From contig OZ316893.1 in the NCBI GenBank assembly GCA_973895155.1, positions 21,746,955 to 21,810,954 of the forward strand: DNA of 64,000 nucleotides. The letters are read 5' to 3'. Numbering within the stretch: position 1 is the first letter of the stretch; the number at the start of each line of letters is the position of its first letter. Position numbers and translations under genes: made by a program. This document shows, piece after piece, positions 1-13,470 of this stretch. The DNA comes from Marsupella aquatica (Eukaryota; Plantae; Marchantiophyta). The notes beneath the pieces are model-generated. The model had not been told where the DNA came from. It made no database searches and worked only from the letters and a program-made list of their open reading frames with translations.

Positions 1-1743
1 AGGGTAATAAATAGACTAGAACCACACCCAGACATAAATTTTCATGCAGCCAGAAGTTTTTTTGAACATTCCAGTATATATCAGTTTTCATGCTTCATTT
101 TGATGGGGATATAAATTTCCAGGGCACAAGATTTAACTCAAAAAAGCGCAATCCAAAGTTACTGTCTTGAGTGCACATTCTAGGCCATGACTCTAATTGA
201 GGGATTGCAAAACAGGAATGGGGGCAAAATGAACTGGAAATAGGATGGAATCCATTTGTGCAAGGTTTTGTTTTTCTCCTCGTTCAAGGAAGGGGTAATT
301 AGGTTAATTATGAGAAGGTTTTGTGTTTCTCCTCGTCTCTACTAAGGTTCAAGGAAGGGGTAGTACTTAGGTTAATTAGGAGATGAGCAGCATAGAGTAG
401 AAATACTGAGCAACATGGAGAAATGATTGGGTTGCTTGGAATTGCAGCAGCACGTGATCGTGTGTGATCCGATGCATTGGGTTTTGATGTCCCACGACCC
501 CGGTGCTGTCGGTTGTTAATTAAAATTACGTTACCACAAAGTTGTCAGTGATGCAACTGGGTCAGACATTGGAAACGTCATCAGTGATGGAAAATGTAGC
601 AGCACTTGATCTTCTGTGGTACGATCCATTGGCCTTTTTGTGTCCCAGGACACTAGTGCATGTGTGCAAATCGGTGAAGCTCTCCGATGTTAGAATTTAC
701 TACAAAGGTGTTAGTCATAAATGTAATTGGTCAAGGTCGATTGGTAGGACATCTTGCCTCAAGCATGGATGCCCAGACTGTACGTCGTCTGGCCACCACG
801 AGATTCAACCACTCAGGCTATTAAGACTGACATTTTGAGCTCACCTTAAGCAATTTGTCTCGGCTGTACTGTACACTCAACTATACATTGCTCCCACGGT
901 CCACGATTTAAACTAATCGAATTTGGTCGAGTCAGAATGAATGTCGGCTGACCAAAGAAACATTTCGGTCGAAGTGTCTGGGCGTGACAAGAGTGGGTAG
1001 CGTTAAAATCAGGAGGTTTGTCCAATTGGAATGTACGATATTCAATTGACTCTTCCGCGGTTAGAACTTAGACAATCGCGTGCATCCGAGACGACTATCC
1101 AAGCACTTTACCGTCCTACATGATGCTTGAAAGATAGCTATAGCAATCCTACTGAACTGTTGCAGTAATCTGTATGAAAATTTTCACCGTCGTTTGTATA
1201 CATCTAATTTCCAAACCACGTTTCTTACACAGTGAACAAGGTGAACATCTCGCATAACACAGATGGCTGTTTACAGTGGCGCAAGAACTCATCAACGACA
1301 ATTCATAGTTACTTGACACTGTCAACGTCTCATTTCTCGAATATGGGGTAAACAAGAAGGGAATAACCCTTTTGTCAAGCTGTGTCACAACCTTCTCGCA
1401 TGTATAATAGAGGCAAGAAACCTGCTTTTCTTAAATTCTGTTAGGAGGAAACGTTTTCATCAGGAGCTGCTATATCACAAGCTCCAGAGAGGTGAGTCTG
1501 AGCAATACCTGCCGCATGAATGGTGAGGACCTTAATTAGACTTATACAGGTCCAACGTTATCTTTGGCCGGACCATCAAAATGAGCGATGAAGAAGTTTG
1601 TAGGATTGTGAAGATTTCAGAATCCTCTGGACATGGTTATTATTATGCGCACCATGGGCTGCCTAGACACAATAAAAAATACTACATACAAAATGCTCAC
1701 GCATCCATCCTGGGAACATCCCCGAGGACCATATGGAAAGCCT

Positions 1744-4537
1744 CTACTGGGCGCTAGCTTTCCATGATGAAAGAGGAGGACTCTCATTAAATCTCCAGGT
1801 AAATTCCATCCAGTCTTCTCCATACCGCGGACCCGCTATATCTTCGTGTGGCACGGCGTCTTCAATCTCCTTCAGTTCTTCTTTGCTCAATTGAATAGCT
1901 AGAGCGCCAACGTTTTCGTCCAGGTTCTTGGCCTTCGTTGTCCCTGGAATTGGAACAACATCCGGGCCTTGATGTTGGACCCATGCCAGAGCAATCTGCC
2001 CTGGCGTAGCTTTCTTTTTGTTGCCTATAGCAACCAATCGATCAAAGAAAGCTAGGTTCTTCTCCAAATTCTCAGCCTGAAACCTTGGCGCAAACTGTCA
2101 ATTCCCAACCAGTCGCGAGCTTGTCAGAAAATTCAATAATAGAAGCAGAAGTTTGCGCCTAATTGCACAATTCTTTTTGTGGCTCAAACAAACACCAAAC
2201 ACAAAAAGAAACTGGAACACCGAACGAGAAAAAAATGAGTGTGATAAAAATTTCATTTTCTCAGATGACCACAGTTCTCATCAAGAGGGTAAAGCGCTAG
2301 AATTGAAGCTAGTCACACTCAACAGCATTTGATATTTAGGAAAAGTTATGACTCAAGACTGTAGAGTCAAATAACTTACAGGCCGCGGTAGGCGAGATCT
2401 GGCTCCAGCATGCATCTATATAGCAGAAATTTACCAATCTAACCATGGGGACTTTGAAATGTCTACTTGCTGGGACCATACTCATTCTGAAGCGTGAGTC
2501 ATAACCGTCCAGCTACAGGTTGTGAAAAGAGAAAAATAAAATGATTGCCTGAAACCTTTGAAGTAAAAGTGGGATACCTTTCTAAAGTCTCCATCATGGA
2601 GCTCGCTCACTTTCACTCCAGAGAAGAAGCCTCGGCCAAGAGGGCTGTAGGGCACTACGCCGATGCCCAACTCCCTGCAACGATTTGAAAATCGGATTCA
2701 GAATAGCTTACGACTTACACAACCTACACAAAATTACCCAATTCTAAGTGAAGCCCAGCATTTGGTTGCAAACCGGGAGTGGCACATGGAAACTGGGGCA
2801 CACCTGCATGTTGTAATTACGTCTTCTTCAACATCACGAGACCAAAGGGACCACTCCAGCTGAACAGCAGTAATCGGATGAACAGCATGGGCTCGTCGAA
2901 TATCTGCGCTGGATGCCTCAGACAGGCCCAAGTACTTGACTTTCCCTTCTTCCACCAACTTCTTCATCTCCCCAACCTGCATAAGCGGTATTTGTAATTA
3001 TGATGACAATTACGTGAAGTCCCCAGTTCAAAAAGGACCGTCACAAACACCATCTGAGAAACTGCATTAAGCGTAATGCATCTCGTGTGCAGCAGGGGTT
3101 GCAATGCAGGGTCAAAGCAAGCCCTTTCCGAACACAAGTAACTTGCCGCCTAAGACGGCCGCACTTAGCTCAACTCTCAGACCACATTAAACGGACAACA
3201 TGCTTGGCAGTGACAAAACTTAAGTCCGTCCTAGCTTGAACGTACTCCGAGGTTTGACTCTCTAAGGGAGAGCAACCTCCACAGACAATGAACAATACGA
3301 TTGATCTCCAGTTGTACTTGAGACTTGTTAAAATGAGAAAGATGCAACTATATCGTTCCCGGCCAATGCGCAGGTCATCAAGGCAGCGTCACTGCTGACC
3401 ATGGCCTTCAGAAGTGCAGCAACTCACAGTACTTTCGACATGGCCTTCAGGAAGTGCAGTAACTCACAGTAATTTCGATTGGAGTTTTGGAATCCACACG
3501 ATGTTGATAGTAAAGATCAATATAATCCACATCCAATCTCTTTAAGCTCCCTTCAACCGACGCCCGAACTTGCTCTGGATGTGCCTTGAATACGACCGCC
3601 CCGTTCTCAGTATAGACTCCAAATTTGGTGGCGATCTGCACCTTTTCTCTTGGTAATCCCTTTATTGCCTGCAAATCATGGACCAAGATTCGCATTAAAA
3701 CAAACTCCACATTTGCCACAATTTTTCCAACCCAACTGCCCTTCTACTACGAACCGGGCTCGATCAATCGAGCACGTCTTAGGAACATGAACTCCGAAGT
3801 CCATTGCCTACAATTCATTAACCAATAATCTCATTAAACAGATTGCAAGATTATTACGGGTTCCATCCACAGTGCCCGTCTAAATTCAACCCACGCGCAG
3901 GGCTCCATCAATCTCGTGTATGTAGCAACTTCAACACTGAAGTCCACGTGACTGCAATTTAGTGGAGCAGACTTCACGTCTGTTACAGTTTCCATCCGGA
4001 CCAAAATTTTAAAGTCGACCAGTGGAAAGGCCCCTATCAATCTGGTGATTAAGAACAAACTGCTGAAATCTTCGGTAACTTCTCTTTGGACTTCAGATAT
4101 TAAAACAACCTCTCATTGGTTAATGACCATCGACCTCAACATGTTCTGCAGAAATTGCAGAGTGGATACCTCAATTGTCTAACGCACAGTTCATTGCTCT
4201 TATTGAATTATCTGAGCAGTGAGGCAGTGAGGATATCACCATCTTTTCACCACCTCCGGCAGGTGTGAAGTACTCGCTGAAAAACATAAAAGGGAAAACC
4301 AGTGTTGGCGTCCAGTACCTTCCCGAGGAGGATTTCATTTGTGTGTGGTCCATAAAGCTCCGCAGTATCGAACAATGTAATTCCCAAATCAAAGGCATGA
4401 TGAATGACCTTGATCATTTCTTCCTCCGGCTTGGGAGGGCCGTAGAATGCAGACATCCCCATGACTCCCAACCCCTGCTGTGACACTTCCAGCCCACATG
4501 ATCCCAGCTTCACTCGCGGCACTACCACCGACGCCAT
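1744..4537 (-). CDS. Aldo-keto reductase, plant AKR13/perakine-reductase-like family, copy 1 (5 exons, 346 aa)
   Basis: Exons 4537-4319, 3668-3468, 2976-2804, 2674-2578, 2094-1744; all GT-AG and phase-consistent (1041 nt). AKR motifs [15 protein letters not shown] (Asp/Tyr), IATKFG (Lys), DLYYQHR (His), GLSEAS, YSPLGRG, PIPGT. Confidence 0.95.
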
Positions 4538-4889
4538 CTTACCAAAAGACTGAGATGCCGCAATGCAAAAACGCTCTCCAAAGAGCCCACAGCCTTGTGC
4601 CTAGAGTAAGTTAGTAGGAGCTCAATTTCCGCTTTCCTTAAATCTCTTCTTCTCACTGATCCAAGTGATAGAGTTCGGCAGTCGGATATTTGCCTCGTCT
4701 CAACTCCCTCTACTTACACTCCTCGGACATCTTCACAAAAAGAAGTTGGCTGCTGGGCAGGCAGTATTTTAGCATGGTTGGTAAACACTGAGCTCCTAAA
4801 ATTCATGCGCGGAGAATTCCGTGGATGCTACTCCAGCATGGGGCCTCTAAGCTCCGAACGGAATGGACAGGAGACGAGACAAGACCCAC

Positions 4890-5235
4890 TGTGCTAATAT
4901 ATTTCCTGTCGAGCGACCAGCTCAATTTTGGGGTCTTTCTTGGTGCCTTTCAGCTCCCTTTAGTCACAGATGATTAATTGGGCCATGGAAAGTTTTTTCC
5001 TGGAAGACCAATCATGCTAAACTATTCCTGTGAAGCTGCCAGCTCAATGTTGCGTCATTTCAGCTCCCGTAAGATAGAAATGATTAATTGGACCATGGTG
5101 ATACCTTTTCCGGAGGACCCACCGTGTAAGAGTACTTCCTGTAGAGCGACCATCTCAATGTTGCGCCATGTCAGCTCCCCAAAGTAAGAAATGATTAATT
5201 AACAGCCATGGAGAAATGCCTTCCGGAGATCCCAA
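4890..5235. repeat. About three diverged ~110-bp tandem units upstream of AKR copy 1
   Basis: ATGATTAATT...CCATGG recurs at ~4970, ~5080 and ~5191, each preceded by TTCCTGT..AGC.ACCA.CTCAAT and TCAGCTCCC. Confidence 0.75.
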
Positions 5236-5789
5236 CACCCGGCACATATGAGATTTCCAGGAGAACCAAACTTCTTAAATGCTAGGACGTGAATCGTAGG
5301 TTTCCAACACGGACTGCTCTTCATTCACGACATGGTCCCGAAGATGCCCTGGGGATTGATAGACCGAAAGAATCACAAATGGTACTCTTTGCCTTGGAAT
5401 GGGTACTCAACTTTGCTCAGCTAATCGACCCTCAAACTGTGCCTGCCATAAGTGGGGAGGGTATCGTGGCATGTTGAAGAACAGGACAACTGCACTGTGA
5501 TGCTCTGGAGGAATTATGGTATGACAGGAGGATTTCGTTGGAAACTTCGGGTCGACACCTGACAGACCAACAAATCCCAGAGAGAGAGTACCTACCGTAA
5601 AGCATAAGAAAGGATTCCGCCTGTGGTCTTCTTCAATTGGAACTCTACTTCAATTGGTCGAGCACCACCGCTTCAATCCTCCAAGTCACGGTGCTTCACT
5701 GTGTTGTCTGCATAGCACTTTCTTTCTTTTTTGCCTTGAGAGCCCAAAGCAGGCCCATCCAACACAATATAGACGTCTATATTCTTACA

Positions 5790-6070
5790 TAAAATGCTAT
5801 TTTATGCAAGGTAGCCACAAGGGGACAATCCTAGGGTGCTATTTTATGTAAGGTATACACAAGGGGACGACCTCAAGGATCCCCCATGTGTAGGTAGCGA
5901 CAAGGAGATAGTACTTTCCTCTGGAGCATGCTATTTTATGCAAGGTAGCCACCAGAGGACAATCCCTGGGATCCAACATGTGATTTTATGTAGGGTAGCC
6001 ACAAGGGGATAATAGTCACAATGGTGACAATCGGACATGGGATTTAATGTAGGGTGTCACAAAGGGATAT
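5790..6070. repeat. Diverged ~45-bp tandem array
   Basis: Core TGCTATTTTATGYAAGGTAGCCACAAGGGGACAA recurs about six times. Confidence 0.75.
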
Positions 6071-6300
6071 TACCCAAGTATCCAACATGACCCCGACAGG
6101 AGAGAGAGGGGGCTAAACCAGGGCCCAAAGCTGGCCAGACATATTATGAGATAACCAATACTCCCACCACTACACCCCACCCGCCCACCCACCCACATGT
6201 ACCCTCCACATCCCTTGCGTGTAGAGGGAGGATTGAACCTGGGACCTCTAGGTTCTAGGCTCATCCTCTGGCCAACTGACCAAAGGCAGTTGCTCCTGCA
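6070..6300 (-). mobile_element. tRNA-derived SINE, older copy of the family at 41704-42031
   Basis: Minus strand reads ...GGTCAGTTGGCCAGAGG...GAGGTCCCAGGTTCAATCC (Pol III B box) followed by GTGGAGGGTACATGTGGGTGGGTGGG, colinear with the 41704 element. No TSD recognised. Confidence 0.65.
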
Positions 6301-8686
6301 TAGCACTTTCCATCTAAGTACACAAGGTTACATTGTAAAACATTTTTGAATCTCTTCTTTTCAGTTGGTTGCCTTTTTGTCGCTCGGTTGTTCGTGTTGC
6401 CCTTCCCTTTGTGAGCTCTTTTTCCTTGTGGCCTGCCCATTATTGGGTCTCTTGCCTATGGGATCATGTCTCCCAGATGGATGACTTTTGTTTTTTGGCC
6501 ATGTGATATATATCACGATGCAATACATTCCAATGAGCAGAGCCTGGCGGCGCATGTTTGGTCTCATGTATTTTCATAGAAGGGTATGCCTGGGTCATAA
6601 CCCCTAGCCAGTCACCAATCTGCCTGGGTTTTTCTCTGATTTAAATATGTGTGTTAATGACATGGATCAGGGCTGGAGTTCCACTAAAGCATAACTTTTA
6701 TAATCATGGCCCAGTAACCCATCCCCTCTTTGGGGATCACGGCCTATTATCTCCCTTGGATACAGTCCGTAATTCTCCTGGGGAATGGGTTACCATACAC
6801 AATATCATTGCATAGCATGCACATATGTTAGCCCACAAGGAGTAAACTTTCAAGTGCATGCAACAGCGGGTGCAACAGACATCACATTGCATGTGTCCCA
6901 TATCAATCCTGGAGAAGGCTGATCGAACGGGAGGCTGAACGGGAGGCTGAACTCAAGTGTGCCACCAGCCTGAGTAATCAACATGCCATTCCCTACTACA
7001 CATAGACCCTACTCCAGGTAGTGGAATCTGCACATCAAAAGCAGTAGCTGGATATGTAGAACTAACAGCACTCAGTGATATGAAAACAATGGAGTTTATT
7101 GTAGTAGAGAAAATATATTTAACCTGTGTGCACTTGCCACATAGAACAGTTCACCATATGCTGTTTGCTTTTTTTATGTGCACTAACTTACCCACAGGCC
7201 CCTCCAGCCTCCTTACACTCCACACCCCTGCATTGGAAGAGAAAATTTTAACTTGTAAAACCATTCAATCCCAGGCTCTCAGGGTTTTTGGGTTCTTCCA
7301 ACGAGGTGTTAGTTTATAGAAATGAATCACCATATGCATGCTAATTGGGATTTTTGGTCTTCCAATATAAGTGTTTAATTACACGATAAAATATTTCAGT
7401 GGCAAAGGTGGGATTAGATTCATTATTCTTCCTGAACCACTGTCTTTGAACATTTTCTTTCTTTATTTGATGTATGCCTTGTACAATAAAAATTATGGAC
7501 CATTTTTTATTGAGCATGTTATAACACAGGCTCTCACACAAGCTCTCACACAGGCTCGGCAAGAGAAAAAAGATGGACCAATTTGAGAACTAAAAGACTT
7601 GCAAAAAGAGTTTTCAGACTGGTTTTGGACATTGCTAGCCGGGTCACCCTTCTTATTTGGTCCATCTTTAACCATTTTTGTAAAGGTGGTTTTTTTTACT
7701 TAGGTATTTACACTTTGGTCCAAAGTTACAAATAATGGTACTGCAGTCAGTCTAACGGTACTTGGTTGCTTGGTTAAGGTTAGATGTGCTATCACTACAT
7801 TCCCTGCTATATTCACTAGCATGACTTAGTTAGTGAATGGAACATATATAGGCTCATTGTTACGGAGCCAGTTTACAGAGAGGGAGAGCTTTATTGGACT
7901 CTAAGCCCGCTGACTGTAACAAGTCTTCATTGATTAAGTTAGTGTTCCCCATTGATGTAGCCAGTGGTGAGGTGAACCACATATTTCTTGTGTCAATTAC
8001 TTGTGTGTTTGATGAATGTTGCACATGTCTTATCTTATGACTAAGGCTTGTTTGCTTAACAGTTTTGGGCAAGGAGCGGATATTAAGTTGTTCTCATGTT
8101 TGATCAGATTTGGCTCCTAGAGACATTACAGGTTTTAAATGCCATTTTGGGATTCTGAAAACCAATCCAAAGAGCCCCTTTTGCGCCTTGCGTACTAGTT
8201 TAAGTAAAGACATGTGTCAATGAGCGCTTGTCAAAGAGAATGATGCAAAAGAGTCTCAAAAAGGGACTCAACACCAAGGGCTACAATTGCAAAGTTAAGC
8301 AGACAAGTCAATCCACATCTAACTTACTCATGTCTTTAACTCTCAAGGACCCAACCACAATGAACCCAGACCCTTCAAGAACATATCTTCTGCAAAAGGA
8401 AATCAAGCTTTTTATGATGGCAGACGGCAGATTTGCCACATTGCAATCTACACTGCTGTCAGTGTTATTACTGAAACAGTGAGTATAATCAAGGCCACTC
8501 TGCCATTTTCAGAGATTCCCCCTTGCCCTTAATCACCATTTTCCACCCCAACTTCAGTTCCCAGAGAAATGCTTCACTCAAACAGTGGGTGCACATTCAA
8601 GCACTTTGAGCCATTTTCAGAGATTCCCCAGCCCCCAATCCCTGTATTTGACCTGCATCCCAACTTCAGTTATGGCCCAAGAGTTA

Positions 8687-8740
8687 GGGGTCTAGAGACT
8701 TCACTCTAGACCGTAGGCCCTGGGGTGTAAGTATGGACTA
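8687..8740. repeat. Dispersed hairpin-forming repeat GGTCTAGAGACTTCACTCTAGACC (related copies near 43267, 44293 and 45565)
   Basis: Near-identical stem-loop plus downstream RTAGGC..GTGTAG tail at 8687 and 45565; diverged versions at 43267 and 44293. Confidence 0.65.
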
Positions 8741-8749
8741 TTCAAAAAA

Positions 8750-9300
8750 ATTCCCCAGCATATTTAGTTTTAGTAACAGAGGTCAACTGTACACAATTAG
8801 ATTTAGTAACACTAAGGCCCTGAAGTGTAGCTTTGGACAATTCAATTTTTTTCCCAGCTACATATTTAGTTTTAGTAACAGAGGTAAACAGCACACGATT
8901 AGTTTTAGTCATACTAAGGTAAACAGTGCATGATTATAGGAAGGTGGAAGCTTCTCATCGGGTCAGATATTGGAAACTTCATCTGTGATGGGAAATGTAG
9001 CAGCACTTGATCTTCTGTGATCCGATCCATAGGCTCTAATACAGTGCGTGTAATCTGTCCTACAAACATTTCCTTCAGATTGGGAGTCCTTATGGTATCT
9101 ATACTCCTTACTCTTTCCTCGTTGTTGGGCAGTAAGAGAAATCAGTATAGTAGCAGGACACATTCTATTTGTTCATTAGATGTGTTTTTCTTGATTGGGA
9201 GTGCTTGTGGTTTCTAGTCTCCTTACTCTTTCCTCATTGTTGGGCAGTAAAAGAGATCAGTATGGTATCAGAACACATTCTATTTCTTCATTAGATGTGT
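8750..9300. repeat. Two local tandem duplications (~100 bp at 8750-8925; ~115 bp at 9080-9305)
   Basis: CATATTTAGTTTTAGTAACAGAGGT occurs twice; CTCCTTACTCTTTCCTC.TTGTTGGGCAGTAA...CACATTCTATTT.TTCATTAGATGTGT occurs twice. Confidence 0.8.
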
Positions 9301-9872
9301 GTTTTTTCTTTCGCTCCTTCAATGTGAGAGAAGTGATGTAGAAGACCTAGATTGTGAGTTATTTCAGTCCCCTTGAGAAATTCGTACGCTCAGCCAAATA
9401 TTGCATTGAAGTCGTCTCCAAATGGCCCCGTTTTGAAACTTTACGAAATTTGGTGCAACGGATTGAACGCCAGCTGAACAAAGATTGATTTTTTTGCGGT
9501 TCGAACTTAGACCAATGTGTGCATCCGAGACGATTAACCAACTACCTTAAAGTCCTACTTCATGATTGAAAGACGGCCTTAGCAATCCTATTGAAACTCT
9601 GCAGTCCTCTACGAGATTTTTCAGTCATTTCTCTACTTGTCAAACTCGAACCTGTCATTTCCCAGCCGGTTTTGTTACACTGAACAAAGTGAACATCTCA
9701 CATTTTGCAATGACCATTAGGATGGACATAAAAACACCTGTAGCACTGTCAAGATTTCAGTGTTCATCTGGAAAGGTAATTATGCTCAGCATGGCCTGCC
9801 TGGTAATGGTAATTCAACGAAAGCTCACATTTATATCCTGGAAGTATCCCACAAGGACTAGACGGAAAGCTT

Positions 9873-12610
9873 CTATTGGGTGCTAGATTTCCATTCTGAA
9901 AGAGGAGGACTCTGATTAAATCTCCAGGTCAGTTGTAGAGAGCCTTCTGGATACCGAGAACCCGCTATATCGTCATGTGGCACGGCGTCTTCAATCTCCT
10001 TCAGTTCTTCTTTGCTCAATCGAACAGCTAGAGCGCCAACGTTTTCGTCCAGGTTCTTCGCCTTCGTTGTCCCTGGAATTGGAACAACATCCAGGCCTTG
10101 ATGTTGGACCCATGCCAGAGCAATCTGCCCTGGCGTAGCTTTCTTTTTGTTGCCTATAGCAACCAATCGATCAAAGAAAGCTTGGTTCTTCTCCAAATTC
10201 TCAGCTTGAAACCTTGGCAGGAACTGTCAATTGCCATCCAGTTGCGACCTTGTCAGAATTTCAAAATCAAAGGCAGGGGGTGCATCTTATTGCATGATTT
10301 ATTTTCTGGCTTAAACAACCACGAAAAAAGAAAAGAAAGAAAAACAGGGACAAATGAGAATGATAGCAAATGCATCTTGTCAGGTATGCACAGTTCTCAT
10401 CAAGAATCGAAGCAAGCCAATTCAAAAGAATTTAACGCTTTAATTCAGCTTATGACTCGGACTCAAAAGTGAAATTATTTGCAGGACACGGTAGGCCAGT
10501 TCTGGCTTCAGCATCTACCAAAATTTCAACAATGGCACCTTGGGAATTTTTTTAAGTCTACTTGCCGAGACCGTACTCATTCCGAACTGTCTGTCCTAGC
10601 CGTCCAGCCACAGGATGTAAAACGAGAAAAATCAAATGATTGCCTGAAACTTTTCAAGGAAAGGGGGATACCTTTCTAAAGTCTCCATGCTCGAGCTCAC
10701 TCACTTTCAGGCCAGAGAAGAAGCCTCGGCCGAGTGGACTGTACGGCACTATGCCGATGCCCAACTCCCTGCAACGATTTCAAAATCAGATTCAAATTAC
10801 TTTACGGTTCACACACACCACAAAAATTGCCAATATCGAGTGAAGCCCAGCATTTGGTTGCCGGTCGGGAGAGTGACAAAATGGAACTAGGGCACACCTG
10901 CATGTTGTAATGATGTCTTCTTCGACATCCCGAGACCAAAGGGACCACTCCAGCTGAACGGCTGTAATTGGATGAATGGCATGGGCCCGTCGAATATCTG
11001 AGCTGGATGCCTCAGACAGGCCCAAGTACTTAACTTTCCCTTCTTCCACCAACTTCTTCATCTCCCCAACCTACACAAGCGGTATTTGTAAGTGTGATGG
11101 CGACGTTAAATCTCCAGTTCAAACAGGAGAGTCACAAACACCCGCTGAGAAACTTCATTAACCGTAATCTATCTCTTGTTGTGCGCAGCAGGAGTTGTAA
11201 TGCAGGGTAAGACAAAACTTTCCCGAACACAAACAACTTGCGGCCTAAGACGGCACTTAGCTCCACTTTCAGACTACATTAAAGTTACAGAACTTAAGTG
11301 CCTGGTTTATGGAAAACTAGGTTAAGCTCCGAGGCTCAACTCTCTGAGGAAGAGCAACCTCCACAGACAAGATAGAAAACCATCCAGTTCAATTCGTATT
11401 TCAGGCTTGTTAAAATGAGAAAGATGCAACTAAAACGTTCCCGGCCAACGCGCAGGTCATCAAGGCAGCGTCACTACTCAACATGGCCTTCAGGAGGTGC
11501 AGCCACTCACAGTAATTTCAATTGGAGTTTTAGGATCTACACGATGTTGATAGTAAAGATCAATATAATCAACATCCAATCTCTTTAAGCTCCCTTCAAC
11601 CGACGCCCGAACTTGCTCTGGATGTGCCCTGAGTGCTCTCCCCCCGTTCTCAGGATAAATTCCAAATTTGGTGGCGATCTGCACCTTCTCTCTTGGTAAT
11701 CCCTTTATTGCCTGCAAATCATGGCCCCAAGATTCACATTAAAACAAACTCCACATCTGTCACCATTTTTCCATCCCAACTGCCCTTCTTAAAGAACCTC
11801 GCTCGATCAATCTAGCATGTTTTAGGAAGATAAACTCCGATATCTAGTGCCGGCAATTCATTGACCTATAATTTCATTAAACAAAATCCACGATTACTGG
11901 GTTCCATCCAAAGTGCCCATCTAATTCAACCCATGAGCAGAGTTCCATCAGTCTAGTGTACTTAGAAACTTAAACTCTGAAGTCTACGTGACTGCAATTG
12001 AGTGGATCCGACTCCACATCTGTTATAAAATCCATCCAGACTGCCGCCTTGAAGTCGACTCGGGAACAGGCTTCTATGAATCTGGTCATTAGAAACATAA
12101 ATCACGACATCTTTGGCAAATTTCCAGAATTATTGAAGAACCAGATATTCTCGTTGGACTTTAGTTATCAAAACCTCATCGCATTGGTCACTGACCCATC
12201 AACCTTAGCACCTTCAGCAGGCATAGCACAGACAGAGTACTGCTCAATTGTTCTAGCGCTAAGTCATTGCACCAATTCGATTATCTGACCAGCGAGGCAC
12301 AGAGGATATCGCCATCCGTCACCACATTTGACGGATGTGCAGCAATTGCTGAAACAAAAGAGGAGGGGCAGCTACCAGGGGCGTCCAATACCTTCCCAAG
12401 GAGTATTTCGTTGGTGTGTGGTCCATAAATCTCGGCAGTATCGAACAACGTAATTCCCAAATCAAAAGCATGATGAATGACCTTGATCATTTCTTCCTCC
12501 GGTTTGGGAGGGCCATAGAATGCAGACATCCCCATCACTCCCAACCCCTGCTGTGACACTTCCAGCCCACATGATCCCAGCTTCACTCGCGGCACCGCTG
12601 GCAACGTCAT
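9873..12610 (-). CDS. Aldo-keto reductase, plant AKR13/perakine-reductase-like family, copy 2 (5 exons, 346 aa)
   Basis: Exons 12610-12392, 11711-11511, 11070-10898, 10768-10672, 10223-9873; exon lengths identical to copy 1 (219/201/173/97/351), GT-AG boundaries, catalytic tetrad intact. Confidence 0.95.
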
Positions 12611-13470
12611 TGCACCAAAAGAATCGAGACGCAGCTGATGCAAAAGCGCTCTCCCAAATCACCAACAGCCCAGTGCACACAGTAAGTAAGTACGTACGAG
12701 CTCAACCCACCAGAGCTTTCTCCCCTCTACTCTGCTCTCTCTACTTATACACCTCCAACCTCTCCACAAAAAGAAGCTGAGAGCTGGGAATGTGTATCTG
12801 GTCGCTGGGGCACGAAGTACTTTAGGATGGTTGGTGAACATTCGGTTGTCGAATTCATCAACGGAGAATTTCATGGATTAGACAATAGCATGGGGGCCCC
12901 TGTTTTCTTTCTTTTCTTTTATGGGTTGAACGGTGGGAGACCAAACCCGGAAATCGAAGCAGGGTGGGGGGAGGGGTTCATTTTTGGCAAAGTGACAGGT
13001 CCAGTGACATAAAGTATAGGCCCATGAAATATTTCCAAGATTTGTGTGAGAACAAAGTGTTTTTTAAATGGGCAGGATTTAAATCAGAAAGTGTGAGGGA
13101 ATTTGAATCCCCTATGGACCACAAGGTTGGTATTCGTAACACCCATGGAACCACAGTTCCCAAAAATTGAGTGTAATTGTAATAAGTTTATGTTCATGAA
13201 CTAAAATAATTTTTTAGTTTTGGGGATTTGTTAGAGAAGTAGTTAAGCTACACTTTCATCAAAATAACAGTGAATTGTTGGCCATTTGGGTTGGGTTTTT
13301 AATCATGAAATGAGGAGGGTTCAATCACATTAGATTAATTTTTATTGTGTTAATATGAAATTTTTTAGGCTTGTGTTTTCCTACCCCTCCTCCTTGTATT
13401 GTTTAGGGAACTTCCTTGCAGGTGCAAAACTAAACATTATTAATACTCATAGTCATCAAGGTATGGGCCG

